64,000 nucleotides of DNA from Marsupella aquatica (lineage: Eukaryota > Plantae > Marchantiophyta): the NCBI GenBank assembly GCA_973895155.1, contig OZ316899.1, positions 10,567,135 through 10,631,134 on the forward strand. Reading direction: 5' to 3'. The notes under the pieces were generated by a model. It ran no database searches. It was not told the origin of the DNA and saw only the letters and a list, made by a program, of their open reading frames with translations. The position numbers were made by a program, and so were the translations under genes. Numbering within the stretch: position 1 is the first letter of the stretch; each line of letters begins with the position of its first letter. Shown here in pieces: positions 24,901-37,860 of this stretch.

Positions 24901-26571
24901 TCCTCTCGACCAACTGGATGCCTGCATATGGATTATTGCGAGTAGGCCGGCGTAACGGATTTCTCACTACATCATATGTTACTACCTCTGGCTCCTTGAT
25001 AGGGAAATGCTCTCGTTCTCATGTTGCCTATGTTACCGACCTCCTCCCGTGGCGTCGTATGTTTAGAGGCTCCTCGTCCTCCTCCACCTCCTCAAGTGGT
25101 GCAGTGATCTGCATCCGCTCCTGTATAGGCAACACTGGTGCAAAAGACTGGCTTCTTGCATATCGGCAAAGTAATTGCAGATGGTACCCTAGTCTGGATA
25201 CCGCTCCCTCCCCAATGCTTTGCTTCTCTTTGTTTAATGCCTTCTTCAACTGCATTAAGAGATAGCCGTTGTAGTCTTGGCTTGCATCGATATTCTCTAC
25301 CAAAAATACCTGGGCTTTGCCGATTTCTGCTCTCGGCAAGGTACAATGCAATGTGACTCTCAGAAAATCAATCAGCTGCCCTATATGTGGGTTGGTACAT
25401 TGATTCCTGAAAAACCCATTCTTAGTGGAAATGACCTGAACTGGTCATCCGGCAACGTCTTCCTCTGTTCCACCTTTGTCTTCCTTCCTGTTGGTAAAGC
25501 GAACACGGCTTCGATAAGCGCAGGTGTTAATTCGAACACCTTTCCATACAGCAGCGTTGTGCTGGAAGAAGCCTCCCAGCATCCCACGAAGTCCAACAGA
25601 TCCTCATCCGGTATGTCTACCATTCTCCAAGAAACCTGACAAAGCCCTCCAACCCAGTGTCATTCATATATCGTGCATATTTATTATCTTGAACGGCACT
25701 GAGGACCTCATCCTCATCTCTTGCGAACTGTAATTGTAAATCGATAGGTAACCTGTTCGCCCACCCTGTCATGTTTTTATCTTCTACAGCCCGATCTCTA
25801 ATTGGCCCGGATTCCATCTTGATTGGTCTCTCCGACCTAGTTTGCTTTGCTGGAGTTGCAGATGCCGAAACTCCCTTGCACTTCATCTCATCAGCGCCTG
25901 AATACTCCCAAGAATAGTTGCCTTCGTCCACTTTGCAGTGTGACCCTTCAATTCCCAAAGTGGTTGCCCGGCGTTCTTGATTGCCTCCCTGATCCCCACG
26001 ACCTTATTCTCCCGAATTAGCAATTCGTCAAGCTCCGCACTGGTGGGAGTCCACAAGAACTTTTCCAACACCTCCTCCGTATCTACGAATGTCGATTTGT
26101 GAATTCCCCATAATCGCGCAAGCTCTGCTCGTTCTCTGGCTGCGCACTCCGGCTCAACGTCTTCATACATAGGTATCAGCTGCCTTGCTTCTTCAAGCAA
26201 ACAACCCCAAAACTTCCCTGCCTGATTCACCGTGTTCATTCCACCGAATGCCAAGAACTTGCGCAATTTCCCAAACCACCTCCCCTGATCGATCGGCAGC
26301 TGATTCCACCTCCCTAGGTTGATCGAACAAGCAATTGCACTAGTGTACAGAGTGTCGGTCCCCTCCCTATGAAGCCGTCTCCTGATGGCTTACCTGATCA
26401 AGCCCTGATTAGGTCATAACCCTAATCCCACTTAATCGCGACCGTTGGATCAGATCCCATCACAATTTCCCCCGAACATATTGCAATCGGCCTTGATCCT
26501 TATACCTTATCTTTATTTAGCCATTATTTTAGGCTTAACTAAGTACTTCGTGATCCTGGCACGGCATCACA
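21969..26571 (-). repeat. Full-length LTR of B (4603 bp)
   Basis: TG...CA ends; PPT abuts at 26572; homologous to 42486-44435. Confidence 0.92.
22876..26266 (-). pseudogene. LTR-encoded protein of family B (frameshifted)
   Basis: Fragments 25883-26266, 25617-25958, 25381-25623, 25028-25351, 23969-24967 and 22876-23652 align in order to the A4 1210-aa protein (e.g. LPRAEIGKAQV, DYNGYLL, VSRLGYH, LQRRADNQT). Confidence 0.88.
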
Positions 26572-29500
26572 TAGCTCCCCACTTAATTGTGAAGCGTCCT
26601 TGCAAACATCTTCAAATTCATACATGTAGTATTTTTTAAGCCTATCATAATGTACTCTTATGGGATAAACCTCGCTCGTGATATTGGCTAGTTGGACTGA
26701 CCCATTGGAGAACATCATCTCCACTTTGTATGGTCCTAACCAGCGAGTGTAAAGCTTCCCAGGGAATTTTACGTACCTGCTGTCATACAGTAACACTAAA
26801 TCTCCAGTCTGAATACAAATTGGCCTTAGCTTCTTATCGTATCTTTGCTTCATTAGTTCCTGTCGATACTTCAATCTTTCTGATGCTATCAACCTAGCCT
26901 CCTCCAATGCTTCCAATTGGTACAACCTTGCTCTCCTGCTTTCGGCCTCCGACAGACGTTGTCATATAGTAACTCGATAAGTGGGAACCTCCAATTCCAT
27001 TGGTACCAAGGCCTCCTGCCCAAACGTTAGGAAATAAGGTGTATGCCCCATAGTCGTTTTGTAGGCCAAGTTGTAAGCAAAAACAGCAGTGTACAGCTTG
27101 TCATCCCAGTCATCCTTGTGGTCAGATACCGTCTTGTTCAGTATCTTACCAATGATTCCATTTGCATGCTCGGTAAGTCCATTGGCCTTAGGATGATAGG
27201 GAGTTGTAGGCCGATGCCGAACTAGATATTGCTCATTAAGCCGACCGACGATATTATTTAGGAAATGAGTCCCCCGATCGCTGACCAGCTCAAGAGGCGC
27301 CCCATACCTGGTGAAAATCTGCTCGTATAAAAATTGAGCAGTTGTAACAGCATCATCTTTCATCGTCGGCCGAGCCTCTACCCATTTGGTGGCATAATCA
27401 GTGGCCAAGATGATGTACTTATTCCTCCGAGGATAAGTTTTTGGTTTTAGAGGCCCAATGTAATCAATCCCCCACTTCTCAAATGCAGCAAGGGGTAAAA
27501 TTGGATGCAATGGATGTCTACTGGCAGCCCTTGGTCCCCCCGCTCTTTGACAAGGATCACACTCCTTAATGAATTGATGAACATCCTTGTGCAAGGTTGG
27601 CCACCAGTCCAATATCTTACGTGTGGTAACTACTGGTGCAAAATGACCTCCGGCCTCCTTGCCGTGCATTGCTTCCATTACCTTTCGGGTTTCATTCCTC
27701 TCCAAACATCTCTGGAGATTACCAGATGCTCCCAGTCTATGCAACACTCCCTTGATGACCTGATAACGTGCTGCTTTTTGCAAAAACACAGCCTTCTGCT
27801 CTCTGGTCCATGCCGTATTCAGTCGTGCTGTACTCAAAAATCCCAATATCTCGGGGTACCAAGTATTCAAATTTTTGATCTGAAAAAATTCCTCATCCGG
27901 AAAACGGTCGTCAATGCAATCTGTTGCTGGGTCACCTAGTACCCTAGAGAAGAAATCAGCATTTGCGTGTAACTTTCCAGGTTTAATCCTTAATTTGTAA
28001 TCAAATTCTTGCAACAGAAGTATCCATCGGGCCACTCGTCCTGTAAGATCCGGCTTATTCACTAAGTACTTCAACCTTTCATGATCTGTATGGAAGATCA
28101 CACGGTACCCCAATAAGTAATGTCGAAACTTTTTACATGAGTAAATGACCCCTAATGCCTCCCTCTCTGTAGTCGTGTAGTTCTGCTCGGCTACAGCTAA
28201 CTGTCGGCTTGCAAAATAGATGGGGTGGTCCTTTCCCTTATCATCTAACTGACTTAGAACGGAGTCGATGCAAAACCCTGAAACATCGACAAACACGTGA
28301 AAATCCTTATTCCAATCAGGTGCCATCATAACGAGTGCTTCAACCAGCTTTTGCTTCAACTGTATCACAGCCGTAACCCGTTCAAGTGTTGCTTCAAAAT
28401 CTGAACCTGCTTTGAGCATGTTGGTTAACGGCAGTGCTAGCTTGGCAAAATCCTTGATAAACCTGCGATAGTAACCAATACAACCCAAGAAAGATCTGAC
28501 ATCTTTTATATTCTTGGGCTGCATGATATCGAGCCACACGGCTAATTTTCCCTTATCAATTTCGATTCCCCTCTTGGATACCTTGTGTCCAAGCAGGACG
28601 CCCTGAGTTACTCCAAAGAAACATTTATCTGGATGTAACTTCAATCCCACCTGTCTGCATCTTTCAAAGGTTCTTCGTAAGTACTTGGCATGTTTGGACG
28701 CCTTCCCAAACACAGCAAAATCATGAATGAATATCTCCAGGAATTTCCTTAGGTAGTCGTGAAATATGTTAACCATCAACCTTTGGAACATAGCTGGCGC
28801 ATTACATAGTCCAAACGGCATCCGATTGAATACATAAATTCCCCACTCCGTAATAAAAGCGGTTTTGATCTGATCCTCTTGCCTGATTCTGATTTGGTTA
28901 TATCCAGAGTAGCCATCCATGAAAGAATACAACTCATGGCTAGCTACAGTATCTAGCACCATATCAGTAAGAGGTAACGGAAAATGATCTTTCAAAGTGG
29001 CGTCATTTAACTTCCTGTAATCCTGGCACACCCTTATCTTTGGCTTGCCATCCGGTCCTGCCTTCTTGGGTACAATGACAATAGGAGACACCCAGTCCAA
29101 ATGGAGAACTGGTGTAATGAAGCCGGCTTCTACCAACTTGTCGATCTCGGCCTTTACCAACAACGAGTACTTTGGGTTCATCCTCCTCATTGGTTGCCAA
29201 AATGATTTGGCTCCCAACATAAGGTCAATCCAATGTTCCCCCAATTTTGGGTCCACTCCTTGTAAATCAAGGTGACTCCAAGCAAAAACATCCTGATATT
29301 CCATAAGTAACTCACTGATCTCTTTTTCGATTTTGGGAGCAAGATCCCTACCCAAATTTACCTCCCGACCCTCACCCAACTTGAGCTTTCTGTATTGCTT
29401 TGATTGAATCATGTTGATTTGCTTCTTTAGAGTTGGATCTAGGTCTGCTTCCAACCTGGCCAACCTCATTCCTCCATATACTGGAATTTTGGGCTCCGCC

Positions 29501-31295
29501 CGCTCCCTTCCTTTCGTCACCTCCGCTGTTGAGTCTCCACCGGAAGAAGTAACTTGTTCAATGATGGTGTTGATCTCTGCTAGAGTAGATCCGTTCAGCT
29601 TCGGCTTCCCTTGTAGCCTTAGCATTTTCAACCTCATTTTTTTAGTAGCCGGTCGACACCTTAGCTCGCTCGGAACAATTGACTCCAAACTCGCTTTATT
29701 TATTGTGACAGCAGGTACCCTGATCGAATTGACTCGAACGCCTCTTGATTCGTCTGCGTAGTTGCCTGGTCTGCCGAGTGAGTCTTTGTAAGCGGAGTGA
29801 CCTTTTCATCAACCAGCGCTGCCGACTCCGGCCACTGTGCCACAGCGCTTGATGAAAATCCACCATCATGACGTTGGGATCCTGTGATAGAACAAGTTCC
29901 TCCACTTGAACCTGTGATTCAGTTTCTTTATCCATGATAATCGATTCCAAAAAGGCGGCCTCAATTGCGAAGCAGCTATCAGCCGGGACTTCCTGGCATT
30001 TTGAATCGCCTTCCTCTATGATAGGTTCCATCCGACTCTTCCTTGCTAACATTAATGGAATTGAAATGGGTTCTTCCTCAATTTCCGGAACGATTGGTCA
30101 TATGGAATCTGCGTCTCCCATCCAAAGTCCGTTGGGTGGTGTGTCAGGTCCAAACACACTTGCTTCTGATACCCCTGATAAGCATTCCAGCCAACGCACA
30201 TCATCAGCAGATTCTAACCCAGTATCATAGTCGTCTGCTTCACGAATCAACCTGGTTGCTTCATCCTCTACCTCCCATGACATGGTAATAGGTGGAGTTT
30301 CGAATGTAAACTATTTTGTGCCCCAGTTTTCCACAACTTTTGCAAGGTACAACCAGGGTCGTCCTATCAGCACCCGAAATGAGGTAGGGTTCACCGGCTT
30401 CATCACAATGTAATTGATGCTGAATGCGATACCACCAATCTCCGTGCGTATTCCTTTAAGGATGCCAGTGGGAACTACCTGATAGCCATTTGCCATATTC
30501 AGCACCCTTCCTGTTAATTCTGGTTTGAATCCCCAAGCCGCCGCTGTTGAATCAATCAGTATGCATACCCCAGACCCTCCATCAATTGGTACATGCATAA
30601 CCTTTTCTTTATTGATGATGATTGGTAAGCAAAGGGCTCCCCTATCCTCCTGAATCATCATGACATCCGTACGAGTGGCTACTCGAGGAAGCCTCGGCTT
30701 CCCAGCAATGGCTTTTTTCAACTGCTTCCGAAAATACGGGCTATTTTTTAATAATTGATCCACAGTAGCCGTAACGCGTGATTCCAACACATCCTTTGCC
30801 AAGTTGTATGGCACCAGCTGTTTCTCTGTGTCATCCTCCAGGGGTAATTTAATTGCTCTAAGAGGATTCTCCTGAGTTGGTAATGATTCTGGTTCCCTTG
30901 GTTTTAGAGGTGTGCTTGGTGAAGTCAGTGGTGACACACTTCTGTCCTCCACTGTCGTCTTTGAAGCAGAAACAATTTCCTCCTGCATTCGCTTGCCAGC
31001 TCTCTTAATATCCTTCTGGAGTGCAACCTCATTCTTGTCCTTCTCCAGCTCTACCAACTGGTCCTTCACACTAGCCGTGACTGCCGGAAAAAATAAATTG
31101 GGATGCGTTCGATCAAAATCACTATCCTAAGAAGGACTGGGATCACCAGGTACGACTTGCGGGTCCTCATTGACAGGGGCCTTGCCGTTAGAACCCGAAG
31201 ACGTGGAATCAGACGCATCTTCCTTCCACGGCTTCTGGTTCTTGATAATTCCCTCCCACCTTTGCTTCCTTCTGGTGGATCTAGTGGACACACGG
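26539..31295 (-). pseudogene. pol: pol (PR-RT-RNase H-INT) of B
   Basis: IDGGSG protease; DYRKLN, MPFGLCNAP, FIHDF (catalytic D changed to H); FEKWGIDYIGP, SDRGTHF, GPY; several stops. Confidence 0.92.
26572..26586 (-). promoter_or_regulatory. Polypurine tract of B
   Basis: Minus strand ..TTAAGTGGGGAGCTA|TGTGATG immediately before the LTR. Confidence 0.8.
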
Positions 31296-33198
31296 TGTGG
31301 TGCGTCCCATGCCTCCCCAAACCCAAGAAATCCCCTTGCTCAAGCCGATTCCCGCAGGTTTCGTCCTTGGCGAGGCCGTTTCCACGGCTTAGCGGCATGA
31401 GACGCTGCTAATTCTCCTTCAACTACTACTATTAACATTTTACACACATATACTGGATAGATCCTTCATCGGGTCATGAGATACTTAGCCGACCTATTCT
31501 AGTCCCTCCCTTGTATTCCTCTCCTGGTCTTCCATTAGGTATGTTTGGATTCCGCCGCCGGAATGATCCCCAATTGGCTTGGTTAAGCCACTAAGACCTC
31601 TCTCAGCTTGACACATCCAACTCTTACTCCCCTGCTTACTTCTATTCCTCTATTAGTTGATGTGGGCACTCTTCACACAAGTTAATGCGACACACAAATA
31701 GCAAAATGACTCCTTTTGACTGAATTATACCATGCACTTGCCATACAAACAGTACATCTCATACACAAGCTCTACGAACTAAGCCGTGAGGCCAACTCTA
31801 TTCAGTTCTTAGGTATGAGGAAACATGAATATACACAAGGGTCACAATATAACTAACCGAGAGCTTCTCTTACTACTTGATCCCAGCCCTGCTGGTGCAA
31901 CTAAAAACTTGCTAAAGAAGAGGCCCTGAACTCCCCGCAGCCCAGGTACTTATCCTGGTTGTGGATCCGCCTGATCCCTTGCAGCGTAAGCCTAATCTAC
32001 CTACTGTAATCTACCTAACTGTAATCTACCTATGTACAGCGAGGTAGGAGCACAAGTGTCGCCCTCACCCGTGGATCCAAAATCCCACTAATCTAAGTGT
32101 CAGGGCCGTCTCCTGGTCCTGATCCTAAGTCTAAACTTGGAGATCAGCGCCCGCCCTGCCCACTCACGCCTCCTACCTCCACGTCCGCCCTCCCTAAAAG
32201 GGACGGCGCCCTTACACCGTCACGACACCGGTGGCTGGTCCTCAATGGACGCCCCCAACGCTTCCTCCGTAGCCACTACCGTTGGTCTGTCCTCTGACAG
32301 ATTACCTGCCCCTGACCAAGTCAACTCTTCATCGGCCTGACTGGGTCCACCCTTGGCTTTGGCCTCAGCATCGGTCACGGCCTCCGATACGGCTACGGCC
32401 TCCCCGACATGTTCTAGTGGAGGATCCGGTACCTCGGCAGCATTACTGGTTCTCCCGGCCTCGGCCTTGCCATCTTCACTTCCTAAGACTGGTGGATCCA
32501 CCGCCGTGCCGATGTCGGAGGTTGGTGTCGGGTTTATCTTCTCGGTCACAACTGCTTGAGAAGCCGTATAACTCCCAGACCTAGAAGGTTTCCGCTTCTT
32601 CTTCTTCCCTATTTCGACAGCCGGTTCCTTCCCCTTGCCACTTACCTCCGGCATCGGGGTGAGTGTTTCGGCTTGTCCTTCGGCCAATACTACCCCTGGT
32701 AACTGGGTTCCCCCAATTGGAGTTGGACCTGATGAAGCCAAGCATTTAAATACTGCTGCTTGTTTCTTCAGCCGCTCCGTTTGGTTGTCAGCCCGCCGCT
32801 GTAGGTTCTCCATCTTCCTCATGATTTCCTCCAACTCCTCCTGGGTCTTGTCCAGGTCCTTGCGCGCCTCCTCCAGCTCCTTATTGGCTTCCTCCAATTC
32901 TTTCTTTAAGGTAGCCCTCTCCTCCTGGGTTGCTCTTAGCTCCTTGTCGAGCTCTGCTACACCACAGACTCCATCTTATTCATCTTGGCATTAGTCTGGT
33001 CGAGCTGGTCGTCCTTTTCACGCAGGTCGGCCTTGAAGCTGGCCGTCAGGGACGCAAGCTCCTGCTGCAAGCGCAATAATCCCTTGATAGGATTTCCCTA
33101 ACTCTGCTTCCTTCTGCTCAAGGGCTCCGCGGATATCTTTGAGCTCTCCTTTCAACGCCCTCTCCCTTCTCTGGTTCTCCGCCATGGCCCGATTGTTG

Positions 33199-36100
33199 TG
33201 TGGTGCGTCCCATGGCTCCCTAAACCCAAGAAACCCCCCAGCTCAAGCCGATTCCCGTAGGTTTCGCGCTTGGCGAGGCCGTTTCCGCGGCTTAGCGGCA
33301 TGGGACGCTGCTAACCTTCTACTACTATTGTTAACATTTTACACACATATACTGGACAGATCCTTCATCGGGTCATGAGATACGTAGCCGGCCTAATCTA
33401 GGCCTTCCCCTGTCTTCCCCTCTGTCTTGTTAGGTATGTTTGGATTCCGCCCCCGGAATGATCCCCAATAGGCTTGGTTAAGCCGCTAAGACCTCTCTCA
33501 GCTCGACACATCCAACTCTCACTCCCCTGCTTACTTTCCTTCCTTTTGGTTGATGTGGGCACTCTTCACACAAGTTAATGCGACACACAAATAGCAAAAT
33601 GACTCATTCTGACTGAGTCATACCATGCACTTGCCATACAAACAGTACATCTCATACACAAGCTCTGCGAACTAAGCCGTGAGGCCAACTCTATTCAGCT
33701 CTTAGGCATGAGGAAACATGAATATACACAAGGGTCACTGTATGACTAACCGAGAGCTTCTCGTACTACTTGATCCCAGCCCGGCTGGTGCAAACTAAAA
33801 ACTTGCTAAAGAAGAGGCCCTGAGCTCCCCGCTGCCCAGGTACTTATCCTGGTAGTGGATCCGCCATTCTTTGCATCGTAAGCCTAATCTACCTAACAGT
33901 AATCTACTTGCCCGAATCTACCTATGTACAGCAAGGCAGGAGCACAAGTGTTGCTCCTACCAGTGGAATCGCAATCCCACTAAGCTAAGTGTCAGGGCCG
34001 CTCCTGGTCCTGATCCTAATCCTAAACTTGGAGATCAGCGCCCGCCCTGCCCACTCACGCCTCCTCCCTCCACGTCCGCCCTCCCTAAAAGGAACGGCGC
34101 CCTTGCACCGTCACGACACCGGTGGAGGATCCTTAATGGACGCCCCCAACGCTTCCTCCGTAGCCACTACCGTTGGTCTGTCCTCTGACAGATTACCTGC
34201 CTTTGACTGAGTCAACTCTCCATCGGCCTGACTGGGTCCACCATCGGCGTCGGCATCGGCTCGGGAATCGGTTACGGCCTCAGCCTCGGCTACGGTCTCC
34301 CCGGCCTGCTCAAGAGGCGGATCTGGAATACCGGCCTCATTACTGAGTAGTTCGGCTTGGGCCGCACCACCCCCACCTGTGATGATAGCGGGATCTATTG
34401 CCGTATTCATGCCGGAGGATGGTGCTGGTTCTACCTCCTTGGTCACCACGGCTTGTGGAGTCGGATTACTCCTTGACCCTGAAGGTTTCCGCTTTTTCTT
34501 CTTTTTTGGTTCGGCAGCTGGTCCCTTCCCCTTCCCACTTACTTCTGGCACTGGTGCAGGTGGCGCGGCTTTTTCTTCGGCCAGTACCACTCCTGGTAAC
34601 TTGGTTGCCCCAATTGGATTTGGGCCTGATGAAGACAAGCACTTAAATACTGCGGCTTGTTTCTTCAGCCGCTCCGTTTGGTTGTCGGCCCGCCGCTGGA
34701 GGTTCTCCATCTTCCTCGTGATTTCCTCCAACTCCTCCTGGGTCTCATCCAGGTCCTTGCGTGCCTCCTCTAGTTCCTTCTGGGCTTCCTCCCGTTCTTG
34801 TTTCAAGGTAGTCCTCTCCTCCCGGGTTGCTCTTAGCTCCTTGTCGAGCTCTGCAATGATGACAGACTCCATCTAGTTCATCTTGGTGTAAGTCTGTTCG
34901 AGCATCTCGTCCTTCTCCCTTAGGTCGGCCTTGAAGCTGGCCGTCAGGGACGCAAGCTCCTGCTGCAGCGCCATAATCCCTTGATAGGATTTCCCTAACT
35001 CGGCCTCCTTCTGCTCAAGGGCTCCACGGATTTTCTCGAGCTCCCCCTTCAACGCCCATTCCTTTCTTTGGGTCTCCGCCATGGCCTGGCTGTTGGCTGT
35101 TATGTGGGCCTCCTCTGTATTCTTCAGCTCTTGCTTCCACTTCTCCCTCTCTTTGATCGTGTCGGCCAACTCTCCCTGCGTCTGAGTCAGTTTATCCTTG
35201 ATATTCTGATTATCAGCCTGCGCGGTGTCCAACTGCCCCTGCATGATGTTCAGCTCATGCCGTTTAATCCGCAGTTCATCTTGGGCTTTCTTGGCCGCCC
35301 TTAGATCTTCAATCTCGGCTTCCATCCTCCTAAGCCGCCGAATGACCTCGTCCTTCTTGCTTCTCTCTAAAGCCACCGCTTCTTCTAATTGGTGCTTCTC
35401 CAACTGCTCCCTATGGAAAAAGGGTCCTACCTCCAACTCCTCTCCAAAGATGCCGAGCGCAAGTTCCCCACACATCTCACCATACTCCATGGCTCTATTC
35501 TTAGCGTAGGTGGAGTAAGTAGAAGTGATCGGCATCGCCCATCGCGGCCTCTGCTCCCAAGCCGTCTTGCGGATCTCTTCAATCGTGGCTAGAGGTTTGC
35601 TTCCTTTTTTGGCTAGCCGCCTGATGTCCTCCGGCCAATCTCCTCCTGGTAAATCCTTTTCCCTAGCCAGGGCTGCCTCCTCTTCCTGCCTGATTCGCTC
35701 CTGAAATTCCTGCACCGTCTGTTTTATGCCGTCGAAGCTCGGGGGAGCAACATCTGGTGGGGGAGACTCAGGGCTACTCTGCTGGTTGGGGTCCCCTCGC
35801 ACTACCCTTGGAAGTGTGGGGACAAACCGGCCACAGGTCCTTACTCCTGGAACGTGATGGTCCGACCCATAGCCGGAATTATCATGGCTGCAGTCCTCCA
35901 CTGCCTCCTCTACTTCTGGGACGTCCGGCTTCTCCCTCTCCTCTTCGTCGGTAGGAGCTTCAGGCAATTCTGCCTCAGATTCAGAGCTTGAGATTCCCAC
36001 ATACATTCGAACACCTGGCTTGGATTCCGGCCTGATTCTCTCCTTGTCTCCAGCAAAGGGGTTTTCTCTTGTGAGCCGGTGTAGGCCTACCTCTGTAGTA

Positions 36101-37860
36101 GTGTCCTGCATTGTTGCCGTTGCCGTTGTTGTTGCCGATGCCGATTTCTTTTCTTTCTCCAGTAGTTTCAGCAGACTCTGCATGCCTGGTTGCTGCATCG
36201 GCAAGTCCTCCTTCCTGGGCCTAAACACCTGCTCGATCGTAGGGCTAACAGGTGGTTGAGGCTTCTCAGCCAACGGCCTCGGCGTTGGAGCTTCCTCGGG
36301 TGCCCTTACCTGCAGGGGAAGTACTGGGGCAAAAGTCTGACCTCTGGCATACCGGCACAACAGCGGCATGTGATAGCCAAGCCGCGACACGCTCCCCATG
36401 CCGATTACCTGCTGCTCCTCCTTTAAGATCTTCTTCAATTGGTTGAGGAGGTACCCGTTGTAGTCCCGGCTTGGGTCTGGCCTTTCTGCCAAATAGACCT
36501 GTGCCTTGCCGATCTCTGCCCTCGGCAAGTTACAATGCATGGTCACCCGCAAGAAGTCGATCATCTCTCCTATGTGCGGGTTGGTGCAGGTGTTCCGGAA
36601 GAAGCCATTCTTCGTTGATGGCCCGGGGAACGACCGGAACTCCTTGTCAGGCAAGGTCTTCCTGGTATCAACTTTGGTCTTATTGCCTATCGGCAAGCCA
36701 AACACTTCGGCAATTACCTTGGGAGTAAGATAGAAATCCTTCCCATATATCCTCGTGCAATTGGTCTCGGGTTCCCATGACCCCACGAATTCTAATAGGT
36801 CTGACTCCGGTACCTCCGGCTTCAGCCATGGTAATCTTACAAAGGCCTCTAAGCCGGATCCGGCCATGAAGCCTTGGTACTTCTTGGTCTGCATGGCCGT
36901 AAAGCATGCATCCTCCTCCCGTGCAAAATGTAGTTGCACCTCCACCGGTAGGGTTGCCGCCCAGCCCTTCCAGGTGTCATCCCTGGTTGGAATGGCCTTG
37001 ATGGGATCGACCTCCTCCTCTTCGGCTTCTCCCTGCCTCCTGCTCTGCTGCTCGGCTGGCTTCTTTGGTGCCGCCGACCTCGTTCTTTTTGCCGGGGTGG
37101 CTTCATCGTTGACGGCTCCCTTCCTCTTCATCTCTGCTGCCGTGGAGGTTTCTCCTAGCACCGTTGCCTGGGTCCACCTTTCCGTGCTACCCTTTAATTC
37201 CCAGTGTATGTCGTTGCAGTTCTTGATGGCCTCTCGGATGCCGACGATGTTGTCTTTGCAAAAAGAAGATCGTCGAGTTGATTGGAAGTAGGCGTCCACA
37301 GGAACTCATCCTTGATGAGCTCGCCTCCTAAGAAAGCCGTCTTCTGCAGCTCCCACAATCGAGCGAGCTCCTGCCGTTCTCGAGCTGCCCTTTCTGATTC
37401 CTCGTCCTCGTAAGTCTTGATGTACTCAGTTGCCCGTTCGAACAGGCATCCCCAGAAATGTGCCGCTTGATTGACGTTGCTCATACCCTCCTTAGGTCGA
37501 TCGTCGGTATCTACTCTCTCCCCGAGTGCTTGCCTAAGCAGCTGACAGTAGTTGGCCTCCCGTAGTCGTCTGCCTAGTTCGTGCTCGCAAATGAGCCACC
37601 ATCTCCTGCAAGCGCTCCTTACCCCTCTCTTCTGCCGGTCCTTCTTCCCGTTGATCCTTCCTAGCCGCCGACGCTTAACGCGCCCTAACCCTAATCAAGT
37701 TTTCACCCTCAGCGTCCTTACCTCCGGCCTCGGCCCGGGTTCCATGGTTGCCCCTAATGGTTTATATTTTCCTTGTTTTGTCCCTATACTAAGGTGTTCC
37801 TAGGGTGCCTTCCTGCTTTACCCACTTAACTGGCCGAGTGATTCCTGTCTAGGCATCACA
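33199..37860 (-). mobile_element. Solo LTR A3 (4662 bp), inserted in A2
   Basis: TSD TGTTG at 33194-33198 and 37861-37865; near-identical to A4. Confidence 0.95.
34111..37484 (-). pseudogene. LTR-encoded protein of A3 (one frameshift near 37264, one CAG>TAG at 34873)
   Basis: Direct comparison with the intact A4 ORF. Confidence 0.9.

Noticed and set aside
34379-37291. Many plus-strand ORFs repeated in the A copies
   Set aside because: Antisense shadows of the long minus-strand ORF.
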